From contig NC_043004.1 in NCBI RefSeq assembly GCF_006345805.1, positions 85,250,001-85,314,000 of the forward strand: 64,000 nucleotides of DNA, in the 5' to 3' direction. The DNA is from Octopus sinensis. Taxonomy: Eukaryota. A program made the translations under genes and the position numbers. Below, one piece after another: positions 24,470 through 38,170 of the stretch; the stretch's first letter is position 1, and every line of letters starts with the position of its first letter. The notes under the pieces are model-generated. The model had not been told where the DNA came from. It did not search any database and saw only the letters and a list, made by a program, of their open reading frames with translations.

Positions 24470-26668
24470 ATATTTCAATAATTTGACCACTGCGATGCTG
24501 GAACGTATAACATTGAGAACATTGTCACCTATACGTGCTCTAAACACGCTCCCACGAAATCCACTAACACAAACAGAAACCGGCTCCCTAAAAAGAAAAA
24601 AACTCATCAGGCGCATGAAAAGACTCAACAAAAAAAAATCAGCCAATTAAAATATTCCCACTTACAACATCCACATTCGACAACAATGAAAAGGCTAGAG
24701 CTGGAAAAACTTCATCTACACACCGACATGAAAACCTCCATTGAAAATCAAAGAGCTGTGGAGGAACAGTGGGTAATCAAAAACATCAAACAGAACCCAA
24801 AAGTGTTCTATTCTTATGCAATAAGCATAGAACCATTGTCTCACCCATTGGGCCATTGATTGATGATAACGGCATTCCCCAACACTATGCTAAAGGAATG
24901 GCAGAAATATTGCAGAAACAATACTGCTCTGTCTTTAGTGTTCCCACTGATATTGACGTAAGAGAAGCGAACGAAGTTGACTCCCAACATAAAATCTCAG
25001 ACATAACCTTCACTGCCACTGACATCGTAGCAGCAATAAATGAGGTCAAATACTACTCTGCTGTAGGCCTTGATAGATTCCCCGCTAGTCTCCTGAAGGA
25101 ATGTAGACACCAACTGGTAGTCCGTCTGACCAACCTCTGGAGAAACTCGTTAGACGCATGTTATATACCGAAACATTTTCTATCCCAGTCAGTCATCCCG
25201 GTTTTCAAACAGGGAAACGGATCCCTCGCAGTCAACTATCGCCCAATCTCACTCACCTCCCACATCATTAAAGCGTTTGAAAGAGTGTTAAGATCAAGGA
25301 TAGCTGACTTCATGGAGACCCACAAACTCCTAAATGCAAATCAGCATGGATTTCGCTGTGGCAGGGACTGTCTAACACAGCTCTTACACCACATTGAAGA
25401 TGTACTCAAAGCCTTGGGAACAAGTTCGAACTCTGACGTCATATATTTTGACTTCAGTAAAGCGTTCGACAGGGTACACCATAATATCCTACTCACAAAA
25501 TTGGCAAATGTTGGAATCCATGGAAAAGTTCTACACTGGATTAAGTATTTCCTGGCGAATAGAACACAACATGATGTAGTTGATGGAGTCCACTCAAGCC
25601 CAGCAAAATTCACCAGCGGTGTTCCCCAGGGGACTGTCTTGGGCCCTCTACTCTTCATAATTTACATAAACGACCTTTCCAGTGTCGTACATTACAGCAA
25701 AGTGAAAATATTTGCTGATGACACTAAGCTCCAACAAATCGCCAATGAAGAAGCAGACCGAACTCAACTCCAGTCTGATCTATATGCTGTGAGTCAATGG
25801 GCAGACAGAAACAAAATGCAACTGGCCGAAGGAAAATTTGAGCTGATGCATTTTGGAAGAAATTCCACACTAAAACAGCCATACTCTCTTCCTTCAGGTG
25901 AACCGCTCACAGCCTCTAACAATATCAGAGACCTGGGTGTAATTGTTGATGACGATCTCAGTTGGAGTGCACACATCAACAATAAGGTCGATACAGCTCG
26001 TAGGATGAGTTCCTGGATCTTAAGAACTTTCCGGTCCAGTGAACAAGGTGTCATCATACCACTTTCTTCCTCATTTGTACAGCCACACCTTGAATACAGC
26101 AGCCCACTGTGATCTCCCCATACAAGACAAAACATCTCGAGGATTGAATCACCCCAGAGGGCACTCACTAAACGAATTGAAGGCATGGCTGCTCTCGATT
26201 ATTGGGATCGCCTTAAAGCCTTGAAACTCTACTCTCTCCAGCGTCGCCGTGAGCGGTACGTCATTTGTACGATGTGGAGAATATACCGCCAACTTTGCCC
26301 AAACGAACTGAACTTTAGCTTCAAGGTTCATCCAAGACTTGGACCACGGGTCATACGTCCCCTGCCCAATTCAAGATCACAGCATACATGTACACTGCAA
26401 CATAATTTCTTTTCCTCAACAGGCCCTGCCCTATTTAACATTGTCCCGAAAGAGATCAAAGAGGAAAACGATCACATCAACTTTAAACGGAGTCTGGATA
26501 GATTCTTTCAAGGAATACCAGATAAGCCACCGATAATTGAATACAACTCACCCAACAAAAACTCACTACTTGAATGGACCATAACCAAAACTTGACTTAA
26601 ACAGGATTCAAATAATCCTATCAGGTGGTGCTATTAAGTTAGACATGGCCTGGACCAATCATTGGTCG
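24470..26668 (+). mobile_element. 5'-truncated CR1-clade LINE (RT + C-terminus)
   Basis: ORF 24769-26112: NYRPISLTS, QHGF, DFSKAFD, SGVPQGTVLGP, FADD; nonsense TGA at 26110-26112; downstream frame LDYWDRLKALKLYSLQRRRER. Confidence 0.92.
24769..26595 (+). pseudogene. CR1-like ORF2 reverse transcriptase remnant
   Basis: RT motifs as above; broken by one stop and at least two frameshifts. Confidence 0.85.
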
Positions 26669-26685
26669 AAACATATCTAAGTTTA

Positions 26686-26756
<71 letters not shown>

Positions 26757-26803
26757 GATATATTTGTATATATATGTATATATATATATATTATATATAT
26801 ATA

Positions 26804-26852
<49 letters not shown>

Positions 26853-27889
26853 ATATATATAATATATATATATATACGTGTATATCTATATAAATATATA
26901 TTTATACACACGCACAATAAGCATATGTACGATGCATATATAATTAGCTAGCTTGATATGTAGATAGATAGAAATATTAATAGTTTAATAGATAGATACA
27001 TATATATATACATACATACTTACATGCATACATACTTATACACATACATACATGCATACATAGATACATAAATACATACTTATCGCTCAATTCATATATT
27101 CATATATTTCTGTGTGTATATACAGTAGGGTGCTTATGTGCTTGCAAGATTTGCATATTTAAGTGTGCATCTTTATTTGTTCGTTTGTTTGCTTGAATAC
27201 CTGTATTTCTGTGCGTGAGAACAGGCGCAAGCGCATGCGTGAGCATGAGGAAATAAAAGAAAAAAATCTATAAAACATTTATTAATTTAGTAATATTCGC
27301 ACTGGAAATCCTAACGCTAGAATCAGTTTCAAAATTCCTGCAAACCTCTGAGCATATATGCATAATGATTGTGTATAGTTGATATGTAAATACACGCAGA
27401 GTTGATAAAGCTGTCACGTGTTCATATGAGCGAGACACTCACAAACACACAAGAAATACATATGTGCCAGCGGGTGTATATATATTCATGTTCATACACC
27501 ATGTGATGTATTTATATGTATATATACATATTTATATCGATATATTTATGTATTTATGTGATTAAGCGCATGTGTATATGTGTATGGAGGTGTGTAAATG
27601 TGAGAGAGAGAGTGAAAGCCTGAATCTGCAGGCGGTGATAAAAAAATGATATCAAAATATAGAAAGTAGAAATCGGGATTTAAATCCAAATGGAAGCTAG
27701 TGAAAAAAATTAACGTGATTTGTGTGAAACCTGAAAGAAAACACGTAGATACATCAATACAAGAGTAGATAGTGAGACACATAGAAACACATATGTATAT
27801 CTAGAGACATATACAAACATATAAATATATATAGAAAGAGAGAGATAGAGAGAGAAAGGGAAAGAGGGAGAAAAAGATATGTTAATATA

Positions 27890-27898
27890 TATATAGAG

Positions 27899-27939
<41 letters not shown>

Positions 27940-27965
27940 TATAGATATATTATAGATAGATAGAT
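27890..27965. repeat. (GATA)n at 3' flank of full-length Tx1 element
   Basis: Direct reading. Confidence 0.9.
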
Positions 27966-28350
27966 ATGTTTCTTTATTAGCCACACGGCTGCACACAGAT
28001 AGAACAAATTACAAGGTAGAGCTTTTCTTTTGAAGGTATTAAAAAAAAAAAAAAAAAAGGAAGGGGGAGGTTCGATCAAAAGGGATCGTAAAAGGAGAGA
28101 AAGAGGACAAAAATAAGGGGGTTAAAAAAAAAAAAAAAAAAAAAGGGGGGGGGGAAAATTGATCAAAGGGATCGTTATCACAGAAATGTCAATATGAAGT
28201 GTAAAGGGGAGGACAGGTGAGGTTTACCCGTGGAAAGAAAAGCCTGCGGAAAAGACCACGGTAACTCGGTCAATGAAGTCACATTTTATATTTCTTTTTT
28301 TTTTTTTTTTTTTTTGCAAATAAGCAACTCTCTGTTTTCGATTTCTGGGT

Positions 28351-31300
28351 TCATAGGACTATGCTCAAGGTGGCTTCGTCATTCATACGTGCCATTCTTG
28401 CTACATTCACCCATCTTTTTTTAAAACATTCGCTAGACAAAACTTGCCTCTCTACTCTCACTTTCTTTTCAAGTGGTACTTGAAGAAGTTGATGAGAGAT
28501 TGACCAGAGAGGAAAGTGTTTGTCTCCAATCCTTTCAGACGCGTCCACCCGATACATTCTTTCGCCATAGCCACAAGGATGATGAAAATAGCTCTTCCTT
28601 CCCGTTTGAAGGAAGGAGGCGTGACAATATTGACGATAGACTCAGCTGATAAACCGACTCGTCCCACACGTGACAGCAGTTGTTCGACATAAGCCCACAG
28701 GTCGGAAATTGTTGGACACTGAACGAGTGCGTGCAGAACGGTTTCGTCGCTCTGACCGCATCTCGGGCAGGTCGGCCCCGTGTTTCTCGAGCCGTGTCTG
28801 TAGAGCTTATCCCGAAGGGGTAGCGCTTCTCGGTAGCACTGCCAGGCCAGGGATCTCTGGAAGTTGTCCATGGGCCCTGGCCCGAAAGTCGTCCCGAACA
28901 GGCGGGTCAGGTACTCCTCGTCGACGTCCAGGTTCGCCCCGAGCTCGTCGTCGTACCTCCCCTCCACTAAACCCCTATAGAATGCTTTGGTTGTGTTGAA
29001 GTCACTTAAGGTCGACCCAGGACGGCAGAGTTGCTTGAGAGCAACGCGACACTCGCGGTGCCATTCGCCCTTCCTCGGCCTCTTTTTGATCCACGACTGC
29101 AGTTCGGTCATGGAGACGAGCTGCGGGAAAGCGTGCCTCACAAACGGCGACCACACCTGTTCACCGTCGTCTAATAGAGCCAGAGATGTCGCAGTCTCAG
29201 CGCGTGTCTGCGCATCATCAACCACGGCATGCCCAGCCCTCTTTTAACGGGTGTTGACAGCAAATGGATCGCCTGACCATCGGGACGCATCCTTTCCACA
29301 AGAAGCGAAAGAGGATGCGTTGTAGTTTGGTGATGGTAGGGTCGGGACAAGGTACGACGGTCAGGCGGTAGTAGATGACGGACGCGATGTACGTGTTCGC
29401 CACCTCCGCTCGACCTTTTAGGGACAGTTTCCTCTCGGCCCATTGCCGGGCGAGAGTGACCACCCTACTCGTTATCTCGTTCCAGTTCTTCTCCACTTGG
29501 AGGTCCGGACCAAACCAGACCCCGAGCAACTCAACCGGGCCGTCGGTCCAGCGTCCCACGACGGAGGCGCTGGTGGACGGCATGGGCTTGCTTCTCCAGG
29601 TGCCTAGTCGCAAGCCCACTGACTTTTCCCGGTTGATTTTCGCTCCTGTCACCGCTTCGTAGTTTTTCAGTGTCTCGCCGACCAGCTCGATGTGCTCGTG
29701 GCTAGACACTATGACGGTGACGTCGTCCGCGTATGCAGACACGCTCGTCCCGCATCCCAATTCTCGCGGGATGCCCCTTAGAGTCGCCAGCTTCCGCAGT
29801 AGTGGCTCAAGAGTCAATACGTATAGAAGCGCCGAGAGGGGGCATCCCTGACGGACCGAACGTGCAATGTCGAAAGGTCTCGATAGATGTCCATTTACGC
29901 GAATTACCGAACGGATGCCTCTGTACAAGGCAGCTAGCTATCCAGCCGCGGAAGACGGGACCGAAACCAGCCGCTCTCAGGACTGCCTCCAAGTATCGAT
30001 GGTCTACCCTATCAAAGGCTTTGATTGATCCAAGTTGATCAGGGCCCCACCCATGCCAGGTTCGTTAACTACCCTGTCTATGATGTAGCGCATCAGATGG
30101 AGGTTGTCATGGATGGTCCGGCCTGGCACGGCGCATGTTTGCGCCTTGTCGACCAGTTTCTCGATGACAAGCGCCAACCTCTTGGCTAGCACCTTGGCCA
30201 AAATTTCAAGTCTGCATTAAGCAGAGTGATGGGCCTAAAGTTATCTATTACATTTCCCTTGTTTAGATCTTTCTTCAGCAGTGTTACGGCTCCTCGGCTC
30301 ACAAAACCAGGAATGCTCCCGTTTTGCTGCCAGTTGCAGTACACCGCCGCCAAGAGATCTCCAAACAAGTCTGGCATACAATTGTAAAGCTCGTAGGGTA
30401 GACCATCCAAACCCGGTGATTTGTCCCCCGAGCATTCTGCCATCGCTTCCCGCACTTCCGCCGCCGTGATGGCACCTTCGCAGCACCCTGCCTTTCTTGT
30501 CGAGAGTCGTGGTAGGCTATGTAGGTAGGCACTGAAGTCCACCCTACGTTCTTGCCCTCCACTCGTTCCGAACAGTCGGGCAAAATGCTGCTGAAAGGCC
30601 TCACACATTTTACTTGGCTCGAGCAATTCGCGCCCCTGTTCATCTACCAGTGACCGAATGGTGGCTTTGTTGCCCTGTTGCGCCTCTGCCACCCGGGCCT
30701 CTCTCGCGGCTCCAACACCTTCGTTCCTTAGAGCACGCATCCTAGCTCTGACAGCACATCCTTCGTGTTTGGCGTTGAAGTGTTGGTCGAGGGCCAACCT
30801 CGCCGCCAAAACGTCGGATGCGATGCCGCTTCTAATTGCCTCTTCTAGCTTCTTAACTAGCTCACCCTCTACTCTATTTCTATCTATGGCTAGTGCTTTG
30901 CTGTACCTAATCGCTTCTGCTTTTACTGCTCTCTTGAGGGCAAACCACCATTTGTTGTTGATGATGGCTCCCGTCAAAGCCCTCTTTACTAGTGTGCTAA
31001 TCCGGTCTCTGAAAACTTGTCTCGATGGGAAAGACGCGTTTAGTTTCCAGTATCCGGGACCCTGCCTAAGTGTCTTACCTAAGTCTAGCGTACATGTCAC
31101 AAGTTTGTGATCCGTGTAGCTGACTATGTGGAATTGTGGACATCCTATGCTATCTCTATCTACTGTCCTACACAGTATCCTATCTAGATACGATCTCGAC
31201 GACCCGATGCGGTTGCTCCATGTCCACGTTGGCGCATTCGGGTGGTCTAGTCGAAACCTGTCAGACAGTTGAAAGCGTCTGAGCAGGTCTCTGAGGCATT

Positions 31301-31785
31301 TGCATCCCCGTCTATTCCTATCTCTACCCACGTAGTCTACATGCGTGTCCAAGGTAGCATTCCAATCCCCCACTAAGAGTAAAGGACGAGACGTTCCCAA
31401 GAAAACTTCTAGACGTTGAAGAAATCCGCCCGACCTGTTAAGGGCGGTGCGTAAACTGATACGAGCCGAAAAGCGCACCCATTGCTGCCGTCGACATCCA
31501 GGACGACCAGTCTACCCTCCGGGTCTACGAATATTGTCCTTACATTGAGATCCAGACTCTTGTGAAAAAGTACCGCGGTGCCACTACCGCCCATTCTCGG
31601 CAGACAGGGGGAAAAATAAATGTTGAACTGTCCGCCAAACATGGTCTTTAGGGCCCGGGATTGTGGAGTCTGGTCTCGCTTATGGCTATGATTTCTAACT
31701 TATGTGACTTTATGTCATTTAAGAGGTACCCTTGTTTCCAAGGGGACCCCAAGCCACGCGCATTTACACAACCAATCTTGATCAT
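28351..31785 (-). CDS. Tx1 ORF2: APE endonuclease + reverse transcriptase + C-terminal CCHC finger (frameshifted in this assembly)
   Basis: MIKIGCVNARGL..IAISET; VYAP; LLVGDWNA; SYLDRIL; YTDHKLV; KSPGLDGLPYELY; NFRPITLLNADLK; LDQSKAFD; RQGCPLSALLY; YADD; CPRCGQSDETVLHALVQC. About 1145 codons across several 1-bp frameshifts. Confidence 0.9.
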
Positions 31786-31816
31786 AGTTCTAATGAATTA
31801 GAATACAGAGGGTTAC

Positions 31817-33823
31817 TTACTGCTCGAAAGTTTTTGCTTTCTCCTCCGTTGGTTTGTCCTCGAGAAGATCCCAGTACAGTTTCTTTGTGAGATATTTTTG
31901 GCATTTACCAACCGCACTGGGGAAAATGCCTTTGAGTGTGTGGTGCAGACTTTTGGAGATGTGTATTATTTTGATGTGGTCTGGTGGTGTTGTGTATGGG
32001 TGGTTGTTTGTTTTTATGTCATCTTCTGTTATGTTTGTTTTTGATTGGATGTATTCCATCAAATTTGTGTTTTGGTGTCTATGGCTGTGAGCATGTTTGC
32101 TGTATATGTTTTTGTGGTGGTGGTGTGGCTGTTGTTTGCGTTGGGTTTTGAAATGTCTTCGGGAGATGTATTTCCCCCTGCTTTGTTCGTGTTTGCATTT
32201 GGTTTGGTTGTGTTTCTGCTCTTTATTTTCCTTCTTTTTGTAGCTATTTGCCATTCCTCACTGGTTTCGTCTTCCGACGAAATTTCTGAGGAATCAGAAG
32301 GGGGTAGGGGTATGTTGTGGGCTTCTATGTATGTCTGTGTAAGTGGTTGTGTTGTTGTTTTCGTTGTTGTTGGTTGTTGAGTGTTTGTGTGTGTTGAGTG
32401 CGGTATAAGGGATGGGGGATCAGTTTGTGTGTGTTTTCTTTGTTTTTCTGTTCCTTTGGGTTTTGCTGTTGATGGTAGTGTTGGTATTTTTCCAGGTGTC
32501 GAGTGGTTTTTGGTTGATGACGGATTAGCTTGGTGTGCTTCTCTTGTCGTCTTCTGTGTTGATGGTGGTGTGGGTAGTAGAGCTTTTTTTCCGGAGTGCT
32601 TTGGTTGTGGTAGTAGTGTTGTTGTTGCTCTTGGTGTGCAGTGGTTGGGCACGTCTTTTTCAAGTGTGTTTCGCTTCCACACAAATAGCAGCGTGGTCGC
32701 CTGCCCTCTACCACTATATAGAGTTTGTAGCCTCCTGGCAGTTCTATAGCGGTGGGTATCTTCTCTCTTGCTGCTTCATCCAATTGAAGCAGGAATTCGA
32801 TTGATTTGCCCACATAGTTTCTCTCCTAGAACCGCGATTTCCAGGATGTTTGTCTCTGACATTGTCTCTGACATTTCAAAGCAGATGGCAGAGACCACCC
32901 ATTGTGTTTCGACATCAAATGGTATGTTTTTTATTTGGACTTTCGTGACCCTTTTGTTTAAATAGACTGGTATCATTACCAAGTCGTCCGAATGTAGCTC
33001 CAATGTGGAAAAACGTTTTGCAAACTTTCGTTGAGGAAACGTACTTGGACTGTACCAAATTTGTTTCCCCAACTGATATATTCCTTGGAGTCCCATACAG
33101 GACGAAGGCATTTATCGATTTTTTCCTGCGGTGCATTTTCTGTTCTCTTCTTTTTTTTTTGTTTATTACTTTATAAATTATTGTTTTTTTTGCGTGTTTT
33201 CACGATGTGTTGTGGAATATGAAGGTGCAATTTGTCTCCTTCTTTGGAGAAGAGTGCCTTTGTGCGGTTTATCTCTTGTGTGGTGAATGTTACAATTGTC
33301 TTTTTTGTTTTGTTACGTCCGCAAAATTCGTTTTGAATTTGGCAGTAGAAGTGTTAATTGTGGCAGTGTTAATTGAAGTCATGGTAGTGGTGTTGGTGTT
33401 GGCGGTGCGGTATTAGCAGCAGAAGGCTTGGATGTAGCATTTGACGTCGTAGTAGTGGTGTTGGTGTTGGCGGTGTTGTCTTGGTAGGCGGCTTTGTGCC
33501 AATTTCGTTGTTGTGTTGTTGGTGGTGATGGTGGTGGTGCTGGCATTCATGTTTTCGTTTGTATTCATTTTTGAAATCCCTTTCTCTGTCCCTTTATCAT
33601 CAACAGTGTGTGTGGGGAGTGAGGGGAAATCTAAGTTAATGTCTTTGGTCGCGGCGATGGTGAATGCGACGTTAGATTTGTTGTTGTTGTTGGTTGTGGT
33701 GGTGATGGTGGTGACAGCGGTGTTCACGCTGCGATGTTTAGCAGCTAGTGGTAGCAATAGTGTTTTGCTACCGTTCTGCATGACTGGCGGGCTAGCCACG
33801 TGGTTTCTAGTTGCCATTTTCAA
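31817..33823 (-). CDS. Tx1 ORF1 (gag-like, single CX2CX4HX4C knuckle; frameshifted)
   Basis: Overlapping ORF pieces 33413-33823, 32915-33136, 32776-33111, 32325-32813 ([22 protein letters not shown]), 32059-32682, 31817-32254. Confidence 0.75.
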
Positions 33824-34050
33824 AATGAAAAATGGCTAAAAAACCACGAAAGTTTTGAAAGTTTTTTTGTAATTTCGCCCATACAGGGGCGGAATTCTAC
33901 GTGAATAATTCTCAGGTTTTTTAGTGAATGAATTTGCACAACGATTAAAACAAAATATTTGACAACAAGGAGTTTTAAACATGTAAAAGTGGCCAACTTA
34001 CTTGGAGCCGATATGACTAGCGTCCGTCCATTGTGATAGAGAGAGGTGAG

Positions 34051-34108
34051 ATAGATAGATAGATAGATAGAGAGATAGAGAGAGAGAGATAGGTAGATAG
34101 ATAGATAA

Positions 34109-34139
<31 letters not shown>

Positions 34140-34201
34140 TAGGTAGATAGATAGTTAAATAGATAGATAGATAGATAGATAGATGGATGGATGGATGGAT
34201 G

Positions 34202-34262
<61 letters not shown>

Positions 34263-34270
34263 ATAGATAA

Positions 34271-34302
<32 letters not shown>

Positions 34303-34489
34303 GCAGGTAGTCGAACAAGAAAGGCAGGTAGACAGATAGACAGACAGGTAGATAGAGAGATAAATAGATAGATAAATATATTGATCGATAGATAGGTACG
34401 TAGGTCCGTAGGTAGGTAGGTAGGTAAGTAGGTAGGAAGGCAGGTAGGAGGTTAGGTAGGTAGGTAGATATATATATATAGAGAGAGTG

Positions 34490-34583
<94 letters not shown>

Positions 34584-34590
34584 TGATTGG
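34051..34590. repeat. Long degenerate (GATA/GACA/GGTA)n microsatellite at 5' flank of Tx1
   Basis: Direct reading. Confidence 0.92.
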
Positions 34591-36000
34591 TAATCTTCTG
34601 ACAATATCATGTAATAAACGTCTCGGATGAAACGTAAAAAGAAACACAAATGTACAGAGGCCACTAACGTTAGTTTATATTCTGATTTCTTGTGAGATGT
34701 TTGGAGCGCCAAACTTCCATTTCTTGGGGTTACTTGTTGTTTGACATCTGATATACTTAAAAGGGATATCTTTGCTCTCCAACGTGAAGCGAAGAGGGAA
34801 AAATCGAATAAATAAAATATTTTTCTGACATCTTCAATAGATTACACAATATATTTGATAGATGCACGTAAGTAAAAAAGATACATTAGATCGCATAAAA
34901 TGGTGGACAGAGGGTGTAGTAAATAACCCTATACAAGTTTGCAGAGAACAAGTATTGGCGCTATCCTAGCTTGGAATGACCGCAATATATAAAAAGACAA
35001 GTTACTGGCAAAGGATGTCAATTGTGGTGTATAGAAATAAAATAACTTTCCGCTGATAAATTCTTAGAAGAGACTTATAAAAGGGACCGAAATGTATACG
35101 CTATATAAAATGAGATTGTAACATTTCAGACTTAAGTATCGTACATATTAATAAAGAATGGCAGAACTTTAAAACTGCCCTATTGTGATTGAGTTAACAT
35201 AAAGTAATACAGTGTTCCCTTGAAGTGTCATTGTGGCTCTTCATCAACTGCGCTGTGAAAAAACCACTGCAGAGAATGTATACCATCAAAATGATTGAAC
35301 GCTCTTATGGAACAAATATAAATAAACGTGTATTCTATTTATTTTACGTTTTCCTATATTTGGTCCGTATATCTTAATTTTAATATTATGAAGTACTGTA
35401 GCAGCCAAGACCCTACATAAACAGCTGATTGGGTGATGATGTTCTACATGGAGTTCGAAAGTATATATACTGACAATGACTACAGCATAAGCGAAACTAG
35501 CCCTAGACTGGTTGAACCTCAAGATTGTCATGGGGCGGATAGGTCTCCTGTCAATTCATGTATATATTTGAGTTTTTCTTACAGAATTAAAAGTGTCTCA
35601 ATTCTTATTTATAGCAATATAGGTGCTTCGGCATGCTTAGTTACACTTAGTAACGATCGAATTTGTCCTTTGTGTTGTGACCTTGAAATATCGACACAGA
35701 TAATAAGAGTAAAGGAATAAGGAGTTGGAGAGAGAGAAGGAATAAGAAGAAAGAACAAGCATTAAAGTTTACATTACAAACTTTTTCTTCTCTCTCTCTT
35801 CATCTCCTTATTCCTTTACTCCTGTCCTCTATGACGTCATTTCATTAATCTATACCCTTCTCATTTTCTTTATATCGCTGAAACAGTTATAAGACTGAAT
35901 TTTTCCAATAACAAAAATATATGTGGCTTGAGATGTTTGCCTTGCCTTAATATTTGTTGTCCTTTTGAACATACATACATATATAATATATATATATATA

Positions 36001-36420
36001 CTCTTTTACTCTTTTACTCTTTTACTTGTTTCAGTCATTTGACTGCGGCCATGCTGGAGCACCGCCTTTAGTCGAGCAAATCGACCCCGGGACTCACTCT
36101 CTGTAAGCCCAGTACTTATTCTATCGGTCTCTTTTTGCCGAACCGCTAAGTGACGGGGACGAAAACACACCAGCATCGGTTGTCAAGCAATGCTAGGGGG
36201 GGGACACACAGAGACACAAACATATACACACACACTTATATATATATACATATATACGACAGGCTTCTTTCAGTTTCCGTCTACCAAACCCACTCACAAG
36301 GCATTGGTCGGCCCGGGGCTATAGCAGAAGGCACTTGCCCAAGATGCCACGCAGTGGGACTGAACCCGGAACCATGTGGTTGGTTAGCAAGCTACTTACC
36401 ACTCAGCCACTCCTGCGCCT
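36001..36420 (-). mobile_element. SINE family A, full length
   Basis: Close homologue of 3786-4195 including head aggcgcaggagtggctgagtggtaagtagcttg. Confidence 0.9.
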
Positions 36421-36569
36421 ATATATATATATATACACTTTATGCATATATGTGTGTATGTATGTACGTATGTGTGTATGCATACGCTTGCATAGCTAGG
36501 CATGCTCATATATCCTTAAATGATAAACTTCTGGAAAGATTTTCCGACTTTTACAGTACCAGTGATTTC

Positions 36570-37000
36570 TCCGAATGAACTTTCTCCTTTTTGGTTTTGA
36601 GATGCCTAATTTCTCAAGATTATTATTTGTTACATATCCCAGTGCTCTCATAATTACAGGTACAAACCTGAACTTGTAATCTTTCTAAATAACTGCTGAT
36701 TTCTTAATATTTCAGCATAGTTATTCTCTTTTGCACTGATCTTCAGCTTTAAGTTAACAACTGCTGGGCAGCTTCCTTCCATAACTTCCCACAGTTTCTC
36801 TTCTCCATCCCAAATTATTATATCAGATCTATTGTGTTTACATTTTATTGTGGTTTTAACGAGACATTCCATCAGTACTCCTATTTATTATGAGTGGCTA
36901 TAGCTTCTACCATACTGTGGATTCTTATTCCTTTGTCCTCCGGGTTATCCTTCCGACGGATTTCATTATAGAATGTCCTATCTACAACTTGATTCGATTC
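36570..37000 (-). mobile_element. RLE-type non-LTR retrotransposon C-terminal fragment
   Basis: ORF 36654-36872: KCKHNRSDIIIWDGEEKL..EGSCPAVVNLKLKISAKENNYAEILRN, i.e. the RPD / E.SCP / K..KY endonuclease pattern, then a degraded PIIIGALG region. Confidence 0.75.
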
Positions 37001-37229
37001 AAGCTGGTGCCTATCACTTAAGTATCAGATTGACACGAATCCTTAGTATTGTACATATATGTATAATATACATATACGTGTATATATTCATTGTGTATTG
37101 TTAAGATGTGCGTGTTATGATGACTATTTCACGTCCCTAAAGTTCTGCATTCCTTCACAGAGAGACCACCGTACAACAATACGATACATCAACAAAGAAC
37201 TGTCTATAAACTATTTAGTCTCAAATACC

Positions 37230-37462
37230 TGTTTCTTTATTACCCACAAGGGGCTAAACACAGAGGGGAGAAACAAGGACAGATACACGGATTAAGTCGA
37301 TTACATCGACCCCAGTGCGTAACTGGTACTTAATTTATCGACCCCGAAAGGATGAAAGGCAAAGTCGACCTCGGCGGAATTTGAACTCACAACGTAACGC
37401 AGACGAAATTCCGTTAAGCATTTCGCCCGGCGTGCTAACGTTTCTGCCAGCTCGCCGCCGTT
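37230..37462 (-). mobile_element. SINE family B with 16-bp target-site duplication
   Basis: Full head cggcgagctggcagaaacgttagcacgccggg; tttagtctcaaatacc at 37214-37229 and 37463-37478. Confidence 0.9.
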
Positions 37463-37829
37463 TTTAGTCTCAAATACCGTATATCAGTAAACACCATTTG
37501 TGAGTGAGTTCGCCGCTTTCGTCTCCAGTTTGGTAATGTTCAGAAAGAGGCTGCATGATTTAGAAAGCAAAATATGCCTCGACTATCGCTCTGCATCTTG
37601 CAAAATGCCTTACTCTATGTTAAACGCGAATGAAAAGTGTTCAGATCGGTAGACAGAGCTGATAAGAAAGGCAACAGATTTGGAATAAACTTCATGTTTA
37701 TTCTTGCAGCGAACTAGTTATCTGTCATATGACTCACAAACCAAAGCCGGCCCTAATTGGACAATTATAATGAACTGCTTTTGATGGCTCGCCTATTGCT
37801 TTCTATCAATAATATTCGTAGGTCTTAAG

Positions 37830-38170
37830 TCGGTGTGATGACAGAATCGTTACCAAGCTGCGAAAAATGCTTAGTGGCATTTTTTGTTGTGAAGTTTTGA
37901 GTTCAAATCCAGCAAGCTCGTCTTTGTCTTTCGTGCTTTTGGGGGTCTATATAATAAGTATAATTTGCGTTTTAGGGTCGATCTAATCGACCTACCCCTT
38001 CCCTCTATCTTTCTGGCCTGGTGCCATAATATAAAAAACCTATATTAGGAGGTGAGCACGAAGAACCGTTAGCTCGCCAGACAAAACATTTAGCGGCATT
38101 TCGCCAGTCTTTACGTCTGAATTCAAATTCCGTTGTGGTCACCAGTATCTTTCATACTTTTGGTGTTGAA
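37830..38170 (+). mobile_element. Two degenerate SINE family B copies
   Basis: gacagaatcgttacc...gagttcaaatcc...ggtcgatctaatcgac; second head gaaccgttagctcgccagac. Confidence 0.6.

Larger units (their letters stand above)
27966..34050 (-). mobile_element. Apparently full-length Tx1-group (L1 clade) non-LTR retrotransposon, ~6.1 kb
   Basis: 5'UTR ~230 bp, ORF1, ORF2, ~385-bp 3'UTR ending aataaagaaacat followed by (ATCT)n; (GATA)n on both flanks. Confidence 0.92.

Noticed and set aside
30658-31110. Plus-strand ORFs antisense to Tx1 ORF2 (and similar ones in 6787-9220)
   Set aside because: Shadow frames of a GC-rich coding region.
34598-34640. ctgacaa...gaaacgta hammerhead-like string
   Set aside because: Uncompensated G8A with only 2-bp helix I; at best a relic.
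35050-35505. Further CTGA..A/GAAA-like strings (35052-35102, 35434-35502)
   Set aside because: Cores are mutated and helices unconvincing; could be chance in AT-rich DNA.
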